Below are positions 1 to 9,380 of a DNA stretch of 30,882 nucleotides, piece after piece (within the stretch, counting starts at the first letter, position 1; every line of letters begins with the position of its first letter). The stretch comes from a virus. Made by a program: the position numbers and the translations under genes. The stretch lies in IMG/VR virus record IMGVR_UViG_3300045988_046657; one strand, given 5' to 3'. Below the pieces are notes generated by a model. It was given only the letters and a program-made list of their open reading frames with translations. It did not search any database and had not been told where the DNA came from.

Positions 1-642
1 ATGAACGTACTAGAGAAGATTCTGGAAGAGATTGAAGAAGCGACATTTCAAGAAGATGCGCCTATTTATATAGGTAATATGGAGGTGGATGGGTATGTGC
101 GGGCGAGTAGGGTAAAAGATATCATTCGTTCACACATGAATGAAAAAGAAAAAGTAACAAGCGCGGAAATAATATCGCGTAAGACTGACGGGAAACCATA
201 TTATGGGATCAAGTACAAAAAAGTGGGTGAAGATCATTACACAGTGGGGTATAGCTCGTATTATTTAGACTATGTTATTGATTGGCTTAATAATTGCTTT
301 GAATTTTGCGGAGAGTCTAAGATAGTTGTTAATGTCGGTAAGGACACAAATGTCCCTAGCAATGATGGCTGGATTCCGGTAGAAGAGAGATTGCCGGAAG
401 ATTGTGAAGAAATAGTGTTGGTACAAGTAAGCGGAAAACCAGCAGATAACATATTATTTGATAACGCTTTTGAATTTGCACTTTACGAAAAAGAAGAAGG
501 GTGGATGTTAGATAACTATCCAGAATGGAAAAATCCGGATGTGATCGCATGGCAGTCACTTCCAAAGCCGTACAGACAACCTAAGAAAGAGAAGTCGTCA
601 TGCAAGGAACACATTATGAGCAGATTTATGAAAGTAGAGTAG
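1..642 (+). CDS. hypothetical phage early protein (C-terminal W..LPE motif region resembling DUF551-type phage proteins); ORF continues from 30838 across the circular junction
   Basis: ATG at 1 is identical to the ATG at 30838; the RBS GGAGTTGAGAAC lies upstream of 30838; 213-aa ORF with no recognisable catalytic motifs. Confidence 0.45.
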   Translation: MNVLEKILEEIEEATFQEDAPIYIGNMEVDGYVRASRVKDIIRSHMNEKEKVTSAEIISRKTDGKPYYGIKYKKVGEDHYTVGYSSYYLDYVIDWLNNCFEFCGESKIVVNVGKDTNVPSNDGWIPVEERLPEDCEEIVLVQVSGKPADNILFDNAFEFALYEKEEGWMLDNYPEWKNPDVIAWQSLPKPYRQPKKEKSSCKEHIMSRFMKVE

Positions 643-762
643 GAAATGATACATTGATCAACACAAATGAACCAAGTGCTGCCGCGCTGATCCGAGCGCA
701 GGGGCAGCAGTTAAGAAAGGAAACCGTACTGGAATACTGGAGAAGGACGAGAGGTAATAATA

Positions 763-1182
763 ATGCAGAAATGGGAAGAAATCGAACAGAAAAAAGAATA
801 CCTCAAGGGATATATAAAAGCAAAGAATAGAGAAGCTCTAATAAAAGATCAGATACAACAACTAAGACTCGACACGATGTTTCCGGCGTTGCAAGGCGAT
901 GGGATACCACGGGGCAGCAGTCAAAAGGATCTATCAGATTACACGGCAAAGATCGAAAGCCTCATGGAGGAGTTAAAAAAAGAATGGGTTGAAAGCGTGA
1001 TCCGGTACGAACGCATCAGAAAAGCAATAAACAAAATGAATGATGAACAAGAAAAAGAAGCACTTACAAGATACTATTTACTTAGAGAAAACAATAAAGC
1101 GATACAACGAAAAATGGGAGTAAGTAAGGCGAAACTATACAGAATATATGATAGTGCACTGGAAAACTTTGAAATTTTATAG
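763..1182 (+). CDS. ArpU-family / sigma-70 region-4-like phage late transcriptional regulator
   Basis: C-terminal RYYLLRENNKAIQRKMGVSKAKLYRIYDSALENF is a sigma-70 region-4 / ArpU-type HTH; it sits just upstream of the HNH and packaging genes, as in many Firmicutes phages; RBS GAGAGG. Confidence 0.55.
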   Translation: MQKWEEIEQKKEYLKGYIKAKNREALIKDQIQQLRLDTMFPALQGDGIPRGSSQKDLSDYTAKIESLMEELKKEWVESVIRYERIRKAINKMNDEQEKEALTRYYLLRENNKAIQRKMGVSKAKLYRIYDSALENFEIL

Positions 1183-1281
1183 AAATTTTATAAAATGAGA
1201 CTCCGTGAGACTCGAAAATGTGATATAGTATAAACTGAATTAAAAGACAAAGAGGGAAATAACCCTCTCATAACCACGCGC

Positions 1282-1310
1282 AAGGACATCCGAAAGGGCG
1301 TCCTTTTTTT
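1282..1310 (+). terminator. rho-independent terminator (about 9-bp stem, GAAA tetraloop, T7 tail)
   Basis: AAGGACATCC-GAAA-GGGCGTCCTT followed by TTTTTTT. Confidence 0.6.
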
Positions 1311-1338
1311 GAAAACTATTTTGAAAGAGAGTGATGAC

Positions 1339-1566
1339 ATGTTTTGCAATTACGATCAATACAAAGATAAAGAGGTAGTTAAAAAGCATGAGCAACTTTT
1401 AAAACAACTAGGGGAAAAAGACAGAGTATTTTCGCTGGAATGGAACGAAGAAAACATTACACTGATGGAATGCTGTGACTATTGTTTCGGGCATGATTTA
1501 ACCAAAGAAGAGTGCAAAGAATTATCGGAAGTATTCCGAGAGTTAGCAGAAGAGCTGGAGAAATAA
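1339..1566 (+). CDS. hypothetical small acidic protein
   Basis: ORF-track frame 1309..1566; the internal ATG at 1339 is the more likely start (RBS AAAGAGAG). Confidence 0.35.
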   Translation: MFCNYDQYKDKEVVKKHEQLLKQLGEKDRVFSLEWNEENITLMECCDYCFGHDLTKEECKELSEVFRELAEELEK

Positions 1567-1622
1567 AGAACAGCGGAAACAAATAAAAGAATCGAAGAAA
1601 AGTAAACAGAGAAATACAAAGG

Positions 1623-1650
1623 GCAGCAGGCGAAAGTCGGCTGCTTTTTT
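1623..1650 (+). terminator. rho-independent terminator
   Basis: GCAGCAGGCGAAAGTCGGCTGC stem with GAAA loop, followed by TTTTTT. Confidence 0.6.
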
Positions 1651-1675
1651 GTATATAAAGAAAAAGGATGAAGGC

Positions 1676-2017
1676 ATGGTATACAGACCGGATCGAGATG
1701 GATCACACCGAGGAGCGTTTGAACGGAATAAGAAGAAAATATATGCAACACAGACGGTATGCGGGATATGCGGGAAACCGGTTGACTTCGGATTAAAATA
1801 TCCGCATCCGTTGTCGCCGTGCATAGATCATATTATCCCGATAGCAAAAGGGGGACATCCATCAGATATAAACAATCTTCAGCTTGCACACTGGACGTGC
1901 AACAGGCAGAAGAGTGACAAGTTGATAAAGCGGAGAGACAAAGAAAAGGATGAAGTTATAAGCAACAGAGTGTTGCCGCACACGTTTGATTGGAAAAATA
2001 TAAGACGCAGTAAATAG
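1676..2017 (+). CDS. HNH endonuclease
   Basis: CGICGKP...DHIIPIAKGG...NLQLAHWTCNRQKSDK is a Cys2/His-Asn-His ββα-metal motif; probable start is the ATG at 1676 (RBS AAGGA) inside the 1649 ORF. Confidence 0.8.
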   Translation: MVYRPDRDGSHRGAFERNKKKIYATQTVCGICGKPVDFGLKYPHPLSPCIDHIIPIAKGGHPSDINNLQLAHWTCNRQKSDKLIKRRDKEKDEVISNRVLPHTFDWKNIRRSK

Positions 2018-2112
2018 GAAATAAGGGGGCATACCACCCCTATACACGGGCATGGACGTACTTCACGCCGTCACTGTGAAAAAAAACACACGCTAAAAGA
2101 AAGGAAGCTAAT

Positions 2113-3330
2113 ATGGCAGATTACAGAGGGGTAAATTATTTACGAAGACGTTTACAGATAAAGAGCGAACGAGTGAAAATGCGTTACAAATACTATGAAA
2201 TGAAGAACAGGGTGAAGGATTTTCAGATATCGACACCGCCAGAATTGAGAAACGTACAGTCGGTTCTCGGATGGTGCGGGAAAGCAGTGGATAACCTTGC
2301 AGACAGGATTGTATTCAGAGAATTCACAAATGATAATTTTGACATCGGAGAAATTTTTTTGATGAACAACCCAGATACATTTTTTGACAGCGCCGTACTG
2401 TCAGCGCTTATTTCTTCATGCTGTTTTGTTTATATATCAGTAGACAAAACAGGATTTCCGAAATTGCAAGTAATAGACGGCGCGAATGCAACGGGGATCA
2501 TAGACGATAGCACAGGTCTGTTGGTGGAAGGTTACGCCGTACTCGAACGAGATAAAAACAAAAACCCGAAAACAGAAGCATATTTTACAAAAGGTGACAC
2601 ATGGATATACAGAAAAGGAGACGAGACGCCGGAGAGAATTAAAAACAACGTACCACACCCGCTTCTTGTCCCGATCGTATTCCGGCCGGATGCGGTAAGA
2701 CCGTTTGGTCATAGCAGGATCAGTCGAGCGTGCATGGATATTGTCAACAGTGCAATGAGGACGGTAAAACGATCAGAAATTGCGGCAGAGTTTTACTCGT
2801 TTCCGCAAAAATATGTAGTTGGAACTGACCCTGATCTAGAACCGCTTAACAAATGGAAGGCTACAATGTCGAGCTTGTTGGAATTTACGAAAGGCGAGGA
2901 CGGCGACAAACCGCAGCTAGGGCAATTTGCGCAGCAAAGCATGTCACCTCACAACGATCAGCTAAAAATGTTTGCCGGATTATTTGCCGGAGAGACAGGT
3001 CTAACGCTGGACGATCTAGGGTTTGTAACAGACAATCCAAGCAGTGCGGAAGCAATCAAGGCAAGTCACGAAAATCTTAGACTAATCGCAAGAAAAGCGC
3101 AGAGGACGTTTGGCACAGGTTTTTTAAACGCGGGATACATCGCGGCGTGCTTGAGGGATAACTACCCGTACGAGCGGAGGCAGTTTTATTTAACAAAACC
3201 AAAATGGGAGCCGGTCTTTGAACCGGACGCGGCCGCATTGAGTAGTTATGGAGACGGAGCTATAAAAATCAATCAGGCAATCCCGGGATATATTACACAA
3301 GATAAAATGAAAGATTTCACGGGGATATAA
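2113..3330 (+). CDS. portal protein (SPP1 Gp6-like family)
   Basis: N-terminal RYKYYEMKNRV...VLGWCGKAVDNLADRIVF...DSAVLSALISSCCFVYISVDKTG matches the conserved N-terminal pattern of Gp6-type portals; 405 aa; followed directly by a MuF gene as in SPP1; no Walker motifs. Confidence 0.6.
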   Translation: MADYRGVNYLRRRLQIKSERVKMRYKYYEMKNRVKDFQISTPPELRNVQSVLGWCGKAVDNLADRIVFREFTNDNFDIGEIFLMNNPDTFFDSAVLSALISSCCFVYISVDKTGFPKLQVIDGANATGIIDDSTGLLVEGYAVLERDKNKNPKTEAYFTKGDTWIYRKGDETPERIKNNVPHPLLVPIVFRPDAVRPFGHSRISRACMDIVNSAMRTVKRSEIAAEFYSFPQKYVVGTDPDLEPLNKWKATMSSLLEFTKGEDGDKPQLGQFAQQSMSPHNDQLKMFAGLFAGETGLTLDDLGFVTDNPSSAEAIKASHENLRLIARKAQRTFGTGFLNAGYIAACLRDNYPYERRQFYLTKPKWEPVFEPDAAALSSYGDGAIKINQAIPGYITQDKMKDFTGI

Positions 3331-3340
3331 GAGGGGATAA

Positions 3341-4459
3341 ATGAAAGATATCGCACCGGAATTACTGGAAAAAATAAAAAAAGATTTTGAAAAGAAATTA
3401 AAAAAAAGCGAGACGATCAAAGCGTTTCGAGAAAAGGTTAAGAAAAAAACAGCGACATATAAAGATGCGAATGATTTTGCGATCGAAACAGGGGAACTAC
3501 TAGCGGATGCGTTTCAAAGCAATTTATCAAAAGAAATATTACCGGATGGCAAAATGTATTACAATATCGCTGACAGGGTAATAAGGGAACGACTGGAACA
3601 TAATTATGATATTACAGCAGAGGCAGCAGTAGAAGTTCAAAAGATATTAAACGAAAAAGCAGGAATCGGAATCAAAGCCATAAAACCGGAAATGAACGAA
3701 GATAGGGTTCGAGGAATTATTAACATCGTATCAGGAGGAAAATACGAGGATGTCGCGTACATACTAGGAGAAGCGGTCGTAAACTTTACGCAATCTGTAA
3801 TAGATGCAACGGTAAAAGAAAATGCAGATTTTCACTTAAAAGCAGGGTTAAGACCGAAAATCAGAAGAACATCAACAGGAAAATGCTGCGAATGGTGCAA
3901 CAGGCTTACAGGGGTATATGATTACGAAGCTGTATCGGACACCGGAAACGATGTGTTCAGGCGGCACAAGCATTGTAGGTGTACCGTAGAGTATGACGCT
4001 GGAGACGGAAAAGTAACAAATGTACACACAAAGAAAACGACAGACAAGAAAGATGTAAACAGAAGAATAGAGAATACGAAAGAGTGGTCTAACAAGCAAA
4101 AAAGTGATAAGATAAAAGAAACGCCAAAGGAAAAAGAAAAAAGGATCAAAGAGGAAAACGGACTCGATCTTGCTTCAAGAATATCAGGACACCCCAAAAT
4201 GTTAAGCACGTATACACCGAGAGGTTTATACTACGCACTGAAAGAATCGGGATATGAGATAAAACCTTTAAAAGGGAAAAATTACAGAGATATTCCATTT
4301 GAAGAGGGCGGAGGATACAGGGTAAACTTCGGGGGAGATGGATTATTAATGTATCACCCAGGAGAAAGAAGTCATCACGGAGGTGAATACTATAAAATTT
4401 CTACAGGAGAAGGAGGTGTGAAAAGATATGATATCAACGGAAAAGAAAAAGAAGATTGA
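3341..4459 (+). CDS. MuF-like head morphogenesis / minor capsid protein with about 145-aa C-terminal extension
   Basis: Phage_Mu_F signature GKCCEWCNRL...FRRHKHCRCTVEY (C-x2-C ... H-x-C-R-C), then a Lys-rich linker and an extra about 85-aa Gly/Tyr/His-rich domain. Confidence 0.75.
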   Translation: MKDIAPELLEKIKKDFEKKLKKSETIKAFREKVKKKTATYKDANDFAIETGELLADAFQSNLSKEILPDGKMYYNIADRVIRERLEHNYDITAEAAVEVQKILNEKAGIGIKAIKPEMNEDRVRGIINIVSGGKYEDVAYILGEAVVNFTQSVIDATVKENADFHLKAGLRPKIRRTSTGKCCEWCNRLTGVYDYEAVSDTGNDVFRRHKHCRCTVEYDAGDGKVTNVHTKKTTDKKDVNRRIENTKEWSNKQKSDKIKETPKEKEKRIKEENGLDLASRISGHPKMLSTYTPRGLYYALKESGYEIKPLKGKNYRDIPFEEGGGYRVNFGGDGLLMYHPGERSHHGGEYYKISTGEGGVKRYDINGKEKED

Positions 4460-4724
4460 CGAAAGATGCAAGGCGTTAGAAAAAGAATTTGAAAGAAGAT
4501 ACAAGAAAGAAACAGAAGTGCGAGGGAAAAAGTGCTTTGCTGTAAGAGAGGACGAGTTTTTTATTGTATCGGGGCTGAGTTGGGCAAACGCGATCGTATT
4601 AGAACACGCATTCTCAAAAACAGAAGTGGAAAAAAACATGTTTGAGGATGGAAAGCTGTTCTACATGGAAGAAATGAATGAAAAAGAAATGTTTGAAAAA
4701 ATGATAGAAGAGATCGAAGGGTGA
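4428..4724 (+). CDS. hypothetical protein
   Basis: 98-aa ORF overlapping the end of the MuF gene; charged; no recognised motifs. Confidence 0.3.
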   Translation: MISTEKKKKIDERCKALEKEFERRYKKETEVRGKKCFAVREDEFFIVSGLSWANAIVLEHAFSKTEVEKNMFEDGKLFYMEEMNEKEMFEKMIEEIEG

Positions 4725-4730
4725 GGCGAA

Positions 4731-5066
4731 ATGGCAAAAGACGATTATTTTGTAATTGTATACAAGATACTATCGTACTTGTATGTAAAATTGAAATCGG
4801 GGGAAGATGTAAATCCAAACATGATTACTCACGACAATCAACTACTGCAGATCAACCGGAAATACTGGGATTATATCATGAGAAATTTAATTGAAGACAG
4901 ATATATAACATGCGAAACAGAAAAAGTGTGGGGCAAAGAATTGATTTATGATTTAAAAACGGCAGAGATCACACCGGAAGGGATTGCGTATGTGTGCAAC
5001 AACTCCTTGATAGAGAAAGCGAAAGAATTTTTGAAAGACATAAAAGAAATAACTCCATTTATTTAA
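4731..5066 (+). CDS. YjcQ-like small phage protein
   Basis: MAKDDYFVIVYKILSYLYVKLKSGEDV... resembles the YjcQ family; RBS GAAGGGTGAGG. Confidence 0.4.
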   Translation: MAKDDYFVIVYKILSYLYVKLKSGEDVNPNMITHDNQLLQINRKYWDYIMRNLIEDRYITCETEKVWGKELIYDLKTAEITPEGIAYVCNNSLIEKAKEFLKDIKEITPFI

Positions 5067-5088
5067 GCGCGCGAAAAGCGCGTTTTTT
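5067..5088 (+). terminator. rho-independent terminator
   Basis: GCGCGC-GAAAA-GCGCG followed by TTTTTT. Confidence 0.6.
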
Positions 5089-5169
5089 AATGCAATTTAA
5101 AAAATATCCCTTCAGGCAATGGGGTGATATTGCCCATGAAAGATATAGTTAAAAGACAGGAGGAAAGTT

Positions 5170-6564
5170 ATGACGGAAACGAGACTGGGACGTCAGACGC
5201 CTACTCAATCCGTAACGATTCCTTACTCAAAAACACGAGGACAAGAAGCTGCGGAACTGTACGTGAAGACGGGGAACGAGCTGCTTGAATGGCAACAGTT
5301 GCTACAATGCGACATTATGGCCGTAAACGATGATGGTTTATGGATGCATCAGAAATATGGCTATTCAGTGCCGAGACGAAACGGAAAGTCGGAAAATGTG
5401 TTGGCGCGCTGCCTATGGGGACTGAAAAACGGCGAAAGAATTCTATACACGGCACACAGAGCAACAACATCACACGCAGTGTGGGAGCGGCTGGATCGAA
5501 TGTGCGAAAAAGCAGGAATCAAGATATCATCATCATTTAAGGCGTTCGGAAAAGAACACTTATACACAAGTGATGGAGGTGTGGTGGAATTCCGAACAAG
5601 AACATCATCGGGCGGACTTGGCGAAGGGTACGACGTGTTAATTATAGATGAGGCACAAGAATACACGGAAGCACAGGAGACGTCACTGAAATATATTGTA
5701 TCAGACAGCGAGAACCCACAAACAATCATGCTTGGAACGCCGCCGACGGCGGTATCGGCCGGAACAGTTTTTACAAAATATAGGGAGACAGTACTTGCCG
5801 GCCGGGGATTTGACTCTGGATGGGCGGAATGGTCGGTTGAAAACTTGACATCCGCGAACGATGTTGAGGCGTGGTACGAAACAAACCCGTCGTTAGGAAC
5901 AATACTGACAGAAAGGAAGATCCGGGCAGAAATTACAACGGATGATATAGATTTTAACATCCAAAGACTGGGACTGTGGTTAAAATATAATCAAAAATCG
6001 GCGATTAGTAAAACAGAGTGGGAATCACTGGCGATCGCATCAAAACCAAAATTAAAAGGAGAACTTTTTGTTGGGGTTAAATATGGACATGACGGACAGC
6101 ATGTTGCGATGTCGGTAGCATCAAAAACGAATGAAGGAAAAATTTTCGTTGAGGCACTCGACTGCAGAACAATCCGCGAAGGGAACGACTGGATACTATC
6201 ATACATTGCGGAAATGAAACCCAAAACGGTAGTTGTAGACGGAGCGAACGGGCAGCATATACTCGAAAAAGACATGAAAGATGCAAAAATGAAAGCACCA
6301 ACCCTGCCAACTGTAAAAGAAATTATAGGAGCAAACGCGACTTTTGAACAAGGACTGTTTAAAGGAAATATCTGTCATTCTAACCAAGCATCGTTAACAC
6401 AGTCTGTAAGCAACAGCGAAAAAAGGGCGATAGGATCAAACGGAGGATTCGGATACAGATCATTAAAAGAAGGGGTTGAAATCGCGCTGCTTGACAGTGT
6501 GATCCTTGCATACTGGAAATGCACAGAAACAAAGGAACGAAAAAAACAGATAGCAAGATATTAA
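5170..6564 (+). CDS. terL: terminase large subunit
   Basis: Walker A-like VPRRNGKSE and Walker B VLIIDEAQE; C-terminal RNase-H-like nuclease acidic motifs GVKYGHDG and VVVDGANG; RBS AGGAGGAAAG. Confidence 0.8.
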   Translation: MTETRLGRQTPTQSVTIPYSKTRGQEAAELYVKTGNELLEWQQLLQCDIMAVNDDGLWMHQKYGYSVPRRNGKSENVLARCLWGLKNGERILYTAHRATTSHAVWERLDRMCEKAGIKISSSFKAFGKEHLYTSDGGVVEFRTRTSSGGLGEGYDVLIIDEAQEYTEAQETSLKYIVSDSENPQTIMLGTPPTAVSAGTVFTKYRETVLAGRGFDSGWAEWSVENLTSANDVEAWYETNPSLGTILTERKIRAEITTDDIDFNIQRLGLWLKYNQKSAISKTEWESLAIASKPKLKGELFVGVKYGHDGQHVAMSVASKTNEGKIFVEALDCRTIREGNDWILSYIAEMKPKTVVVDGANGQHILEKDMKDAKMKAPTLPTVKEIIGANATFEQGLFKGNICHSNQASLTQSVSNSEKRAIGSNGGFGYRSLKEGVEIALLDSVILAYWKCTETKERKKQIARY

Positions 6565-6643
6565 AAAGACGCTGGAAACAGCACTTTTTTAATATACAAA
6601 AATACCAAAACCACCGGGTTAAGCGGGGAAAGGAGAACAAAAA

Positions 6644-7105
6644 ATGAGTGATTTTGAAGCTATTGAAACGCGAGAACAGTTCGAGGAGGCTGTGAAAGAT
6701 CGGCTGGAACAGGAAAGAGAAACGGTAAGAAGGGAATTTAGCGGATACTTATCACCAGAAGCTGTGGAAGAGAAGTACAAAGAGTACTTATCACCGAAAG
6801 AAGCAGAAGAGAAGTACAAAGGGTATTTATCCCCGGAAGATGCGGCGAACAAAGACGCCACGATCGCAAAGTACGAAAAAGAATCGAAAAGGGTAAAAGT
6901 GGCAATGGAAAACGGAATTCCCTACGAACTTGCAGGGAAGTTGTCAGGGGGAACAGAAGACGAAATGAAGAAAGACGCGGAAGCTTTTTCTAAATTTTTG
7001 AAGGGAAAAACCACATACCCGAACTTTACACGAGACACAGACAATAAAGACGACTCGATCAGAGAAGCAACGAAAAAAATGTTAAACAATTTGAAAGGAG
7101 AATAA
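6644..7105 (+). CDS. scaffolding protein (DUF4355-like) with internal 13-aa tandem repeats
   Basis: Acidic, helical; YLSPEAVEEKYKE repeated about 2.6 times (39-bp repeats at 6738..6850); positioned just before the capsid gene. Confidence 0.5.
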   Translation: MSDFEAIETREQFEEAVKDRLEQERETVRREFSGYLSPEAVEEKYKEYLSPKEAEEKYKGYLSPEDAANKDATIAKYEKESKRVKVAMENGIPYELAGKLSGGTEDEMKKDAEAFSKFLKGKTTYPNFTRDTDNKDDSIREATKKMLNNLKGE

Positions 7106-7109
7106 GAAC

Positions 7110-7991
7110 ATGGCAACAGGAAGAGAAAATTTATTTGACGCGGTACTTGTAAAAGATCTAATGAACAAAGTGAAGGGAAAATCATCTTTAGCGGTTTTGT
7201 CGGGACAGACGCCGATCCCATTCAACGGACTGAAAGAATTTATTTTTTCAATGGACAATGAGATCGATATTGTAGCAGAAAACGGGAAAAAGTCAGAGGG
7301 CGGCATTACTGTAGATCCGGTAAAAATCGTGCCAATCAAATTTGAGTACGGAGCGAGAGTTTCAGACGAATTTTTGTACGCGACAGAAGAAGAACAGCTT
7401 GATATTTTAACAGCGTTTAACAATGGTTTTGCGGCAAAAGTAGCGAAAGGTTTTGATCTGGCAGCGTTTCACGGCATTAACCCACGGACAGGCGGAGCAT
7501 CAACAGTTGTAGGCACGAATCACTTTGACAGTAAAGTAACACAAAAAGTCAAATATACAAAAGGAACGCCGGATACAAATCTGGATGCGGCGATTGCAAT
7601 GGTGCAGGGATCGGACGGAGACGTTACAGGGATAGCGCTGTCAAATGCATTCGGGGCAGACATGGCAACGGTAAAGGAAAACGGAGTCAGACAGTACCCA
7701 GAATTTAGGTTTGGAGCATCGCCGGAATCTCTCGGAGGAATGAAAACAAGTGTAAACAAGACTGTATACAACGACACTGTGAAAGATCACGCAATCGTGG
7801 GCGATTTTTCCAACGCTTTCAAGTGGGGGTTCTCGAAAGAAATTCCTTTGGAGATCATCAAATATGGCGATCCGGACAACACGGGAAAAGATTTAAAAGG
7901 TTACAACCAGGTTTACATCCGCGCAGAAGTCTATCTCGGATGGGGAATTCTTGTGCCGGAATATTTCGCAAGGGTGGTAGACGAAACTTGA
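7110..7991 (+). CDS. major capsid protein
   Basis: 293-aa protein directly after the scaffold gene; sequence style of Firmicutes siphophage major head proteins. Confidence 0.6.
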   Translation: MATGRENLFDAVLVKDLMNKVKGKSSLAVLSGQTPIPFNGLKEFIFSMDNEIDIVAENGKKSEGGITVDPVKIVPIKFEYGARVSDEFLYATEEEQLDILTAFNNGFAAKVAKGFDLAAFHGINPRTGGASTVVGTNHFDSKVTQKVKYTKGTPDTNLDAAIAMVQGSDGDVTGIALSNAFGADMATVKENGVRQYPEFRFGASPESLGGMKTSVNKTVYNDTVKDHAIVGDFSNAFKWGFSKEIPLEIIKYGDPDNTGKDLKGYNQVYIRAEVYLGWGILVPEYFARVVDET

Positions 7992-8111
7992 TATACAGAA
8001 ACAAACGAACAGGGAATGTGATCGAAACACAGTGCGAACTGAAGGGTGGAGACTGGGAGGCAGAAAAGCCGCCCAGATCCACCACTAAAAAGAGAAAGAC
8101 GGTGAAAAAAG

Positions 8112-8531
8112 ATGAATAATTTTGCCAAGATCGAAGATGTTGAAAAACTGTGGAGATCGCTGACAGAAGACGAAAAAGAGCGCGCAAAAAACTTACTGCC
8201 AATAGTAGAGGATAGCTTGAGAATGGAAGCCGATAAGGTGGGGAAAAACCTTGATCGTATGATAGAAGAAAAATCATATTTAGAAAATGTTGCAAAGTCT
8301 GTAGTTGTAGATGTGATAGCGCGCACGCTTATGACGTCAACAGACGCAGAGCCGATGACGCAACGGTCAGAATCGGCACTGGGTTATTCTGTTTCTGGGA
8401 CATACCTAGTACCGGGAGGCGGATTATTTATTAAAAAAAGCGAGTTGGCAAGGCTCGGACTGAAACGACAAAGAATAGGGGTGATTGATCTGTATGGCGA
8501 TGATAAAAGGGATCACAGTGACACTTTATGA
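8112..8531 (+). CDS. head-tail connector protein (gp6-like)
   Basis: Position after the capsid gene; N-terminal IEDVEKLWRSLTEDEKERAKNLLPIVEDSLRME resembles gp6-like connector proteins. Confidence 0.45.
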   Translation: MNNFAKIEDVEKLWRSLTEDEKERAKNLLPIVEDSLRMEADKVGKNLDRMIEEKSYLENVAKSVVVDVIARTLMTSTDAEPMTQRSESALGYSVSGTYLVPGGGLFIKKSELARLGLKRQRIGVIDLYGDDKRDHSDTL

Positions 8532-8832
8532 AAAGGAAAAAATAAATGAAGATCCATTTGGAAAACTGATCTACAAGGAAACGCCGACAAAAGTTGAAAA
8601 TGTACTTGTAGCCCCCACGAATACACAAGAGGTTTTGGATGCGCTGAACTTAACGGGGAAAAAGGCAGTTTACACGATCGCAATACCTAAAGGAGATAAG
8701 CACACATGGAAAGATAATAAAGTAGAATTTTTTGGAGAAATCTGGAAAGTAATAGGATTTCCGCAGCAGGGAATCGAACAAAATATACCGCTGGAATGGA
8801 ATCAAAAGTGGATGGTAGAGCGATATGGGTAA
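8494..8832 (+). CDS. head closure / head-tail adaptor protein
   Basis: Position and size; ATG at 8494 within the 8485 ORF. Confidence 0.4.
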   Translation: MAMIKGITVTLYEKEKINEDPFGKLIYKETPTKVENVLVAPTNTQEVLDALNLTGKKAVYTIAIPKGDKHTWKDNKVEFFGEIWKVIGFPQQGIEQNIPLEWNQKWMVERYG

Positions 8833-9037
8833 GAAAGCGAAAATTGTCTTAAATAGAAAAGGAATCACAGCATTATTGCGGTCGGAAGAGATGCGCGCAA
8901 CCATACAAAAACACGCGGAACGAATTGCCGGAACATCCGGCGGAACAGTCGAGACATATGTAGCACAAACAAGGGCGGTTGCGGAAGTAACAGGAGACGA
9001 CGGAAACAACAGCCTATTAAAGGCGGTGGGAAAATGA
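8825..9037 (+). CDS. hypothetical small head-tail joining protein
   Basis: 70-aa ORF, translationally coupled on both sides. Confidence 0.3.
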   Translation: MGKKAKIVLNRKGITALLRSEEMRATIQKHAERIAGTSGGTVETYVAQTRAVAEVTGDDGNNSLLKAVGK

Positions 9038-9366
9038 TCGAAGAAATTGTAAGAGAACACCTAAAAACGATTTTGGACGTACCGGTGTTAATGGAAGAAG
9101 AAAACAAGGAAAAGAAATATATCTTGCTTGAAAAGACTGGAGGAAGCGAAGTGGATCATATTAAACATGCAACACTGGCGGTCCAGTCTTTTTCTGACAC
9201 GCTCTATTCCACGGCAAAATTAAACGAAGAAATGAAGGAAGCGATGAAGCGAATCACGGAAAGAGATGGCGTTTGCAGGTGCGAACTAAACAGTGACTAC
9301 AATTACACGGATACAAAAAGAAAAAAATACAGATATCAAGCGGTATTTAACATAGCGTACTACTGA
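9034..9366 (+). CDS. tail completion / neck protein
   Basis: Position immediately upstream of the major tail protein; 110 aa. Confidence 0.4.
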   Translation: MIEEIVREHLKTILDVPVLMEEENKEKKYILLEKTGGSEVDHIKHATLAVQSFSDTLYSTAKLNEEMKEAMKRITERDGVCRCELNSDYNYTDTKRKKYRYQAVFNIAYY

Positions 9367-9380
9367 AAGGAGAAAGAAAA

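Noticed and set aside
600-830. 76-aa + ORF bridging the first gene and the ArpU-like gene
   Set aside because: Overlaps two better-supported genes out of frame and contains the intergenic hairpin; no RBS.
5361-5960. 199-aa minus-strand ORF inside the large terminase gene
   Set aside because: Antisense to a well-supported terminase with Walker motifs; low-complexity Ser-rich translation; no RBS.
7823-8326. ORFs 7823..8119 +, 7858..8295 - and 7931..8326 - around the capsid–connector junction
   Set aside because: They overlap the capsid and connector genes out of frame or antisense with basic low-complexity translations; treated as spurious.
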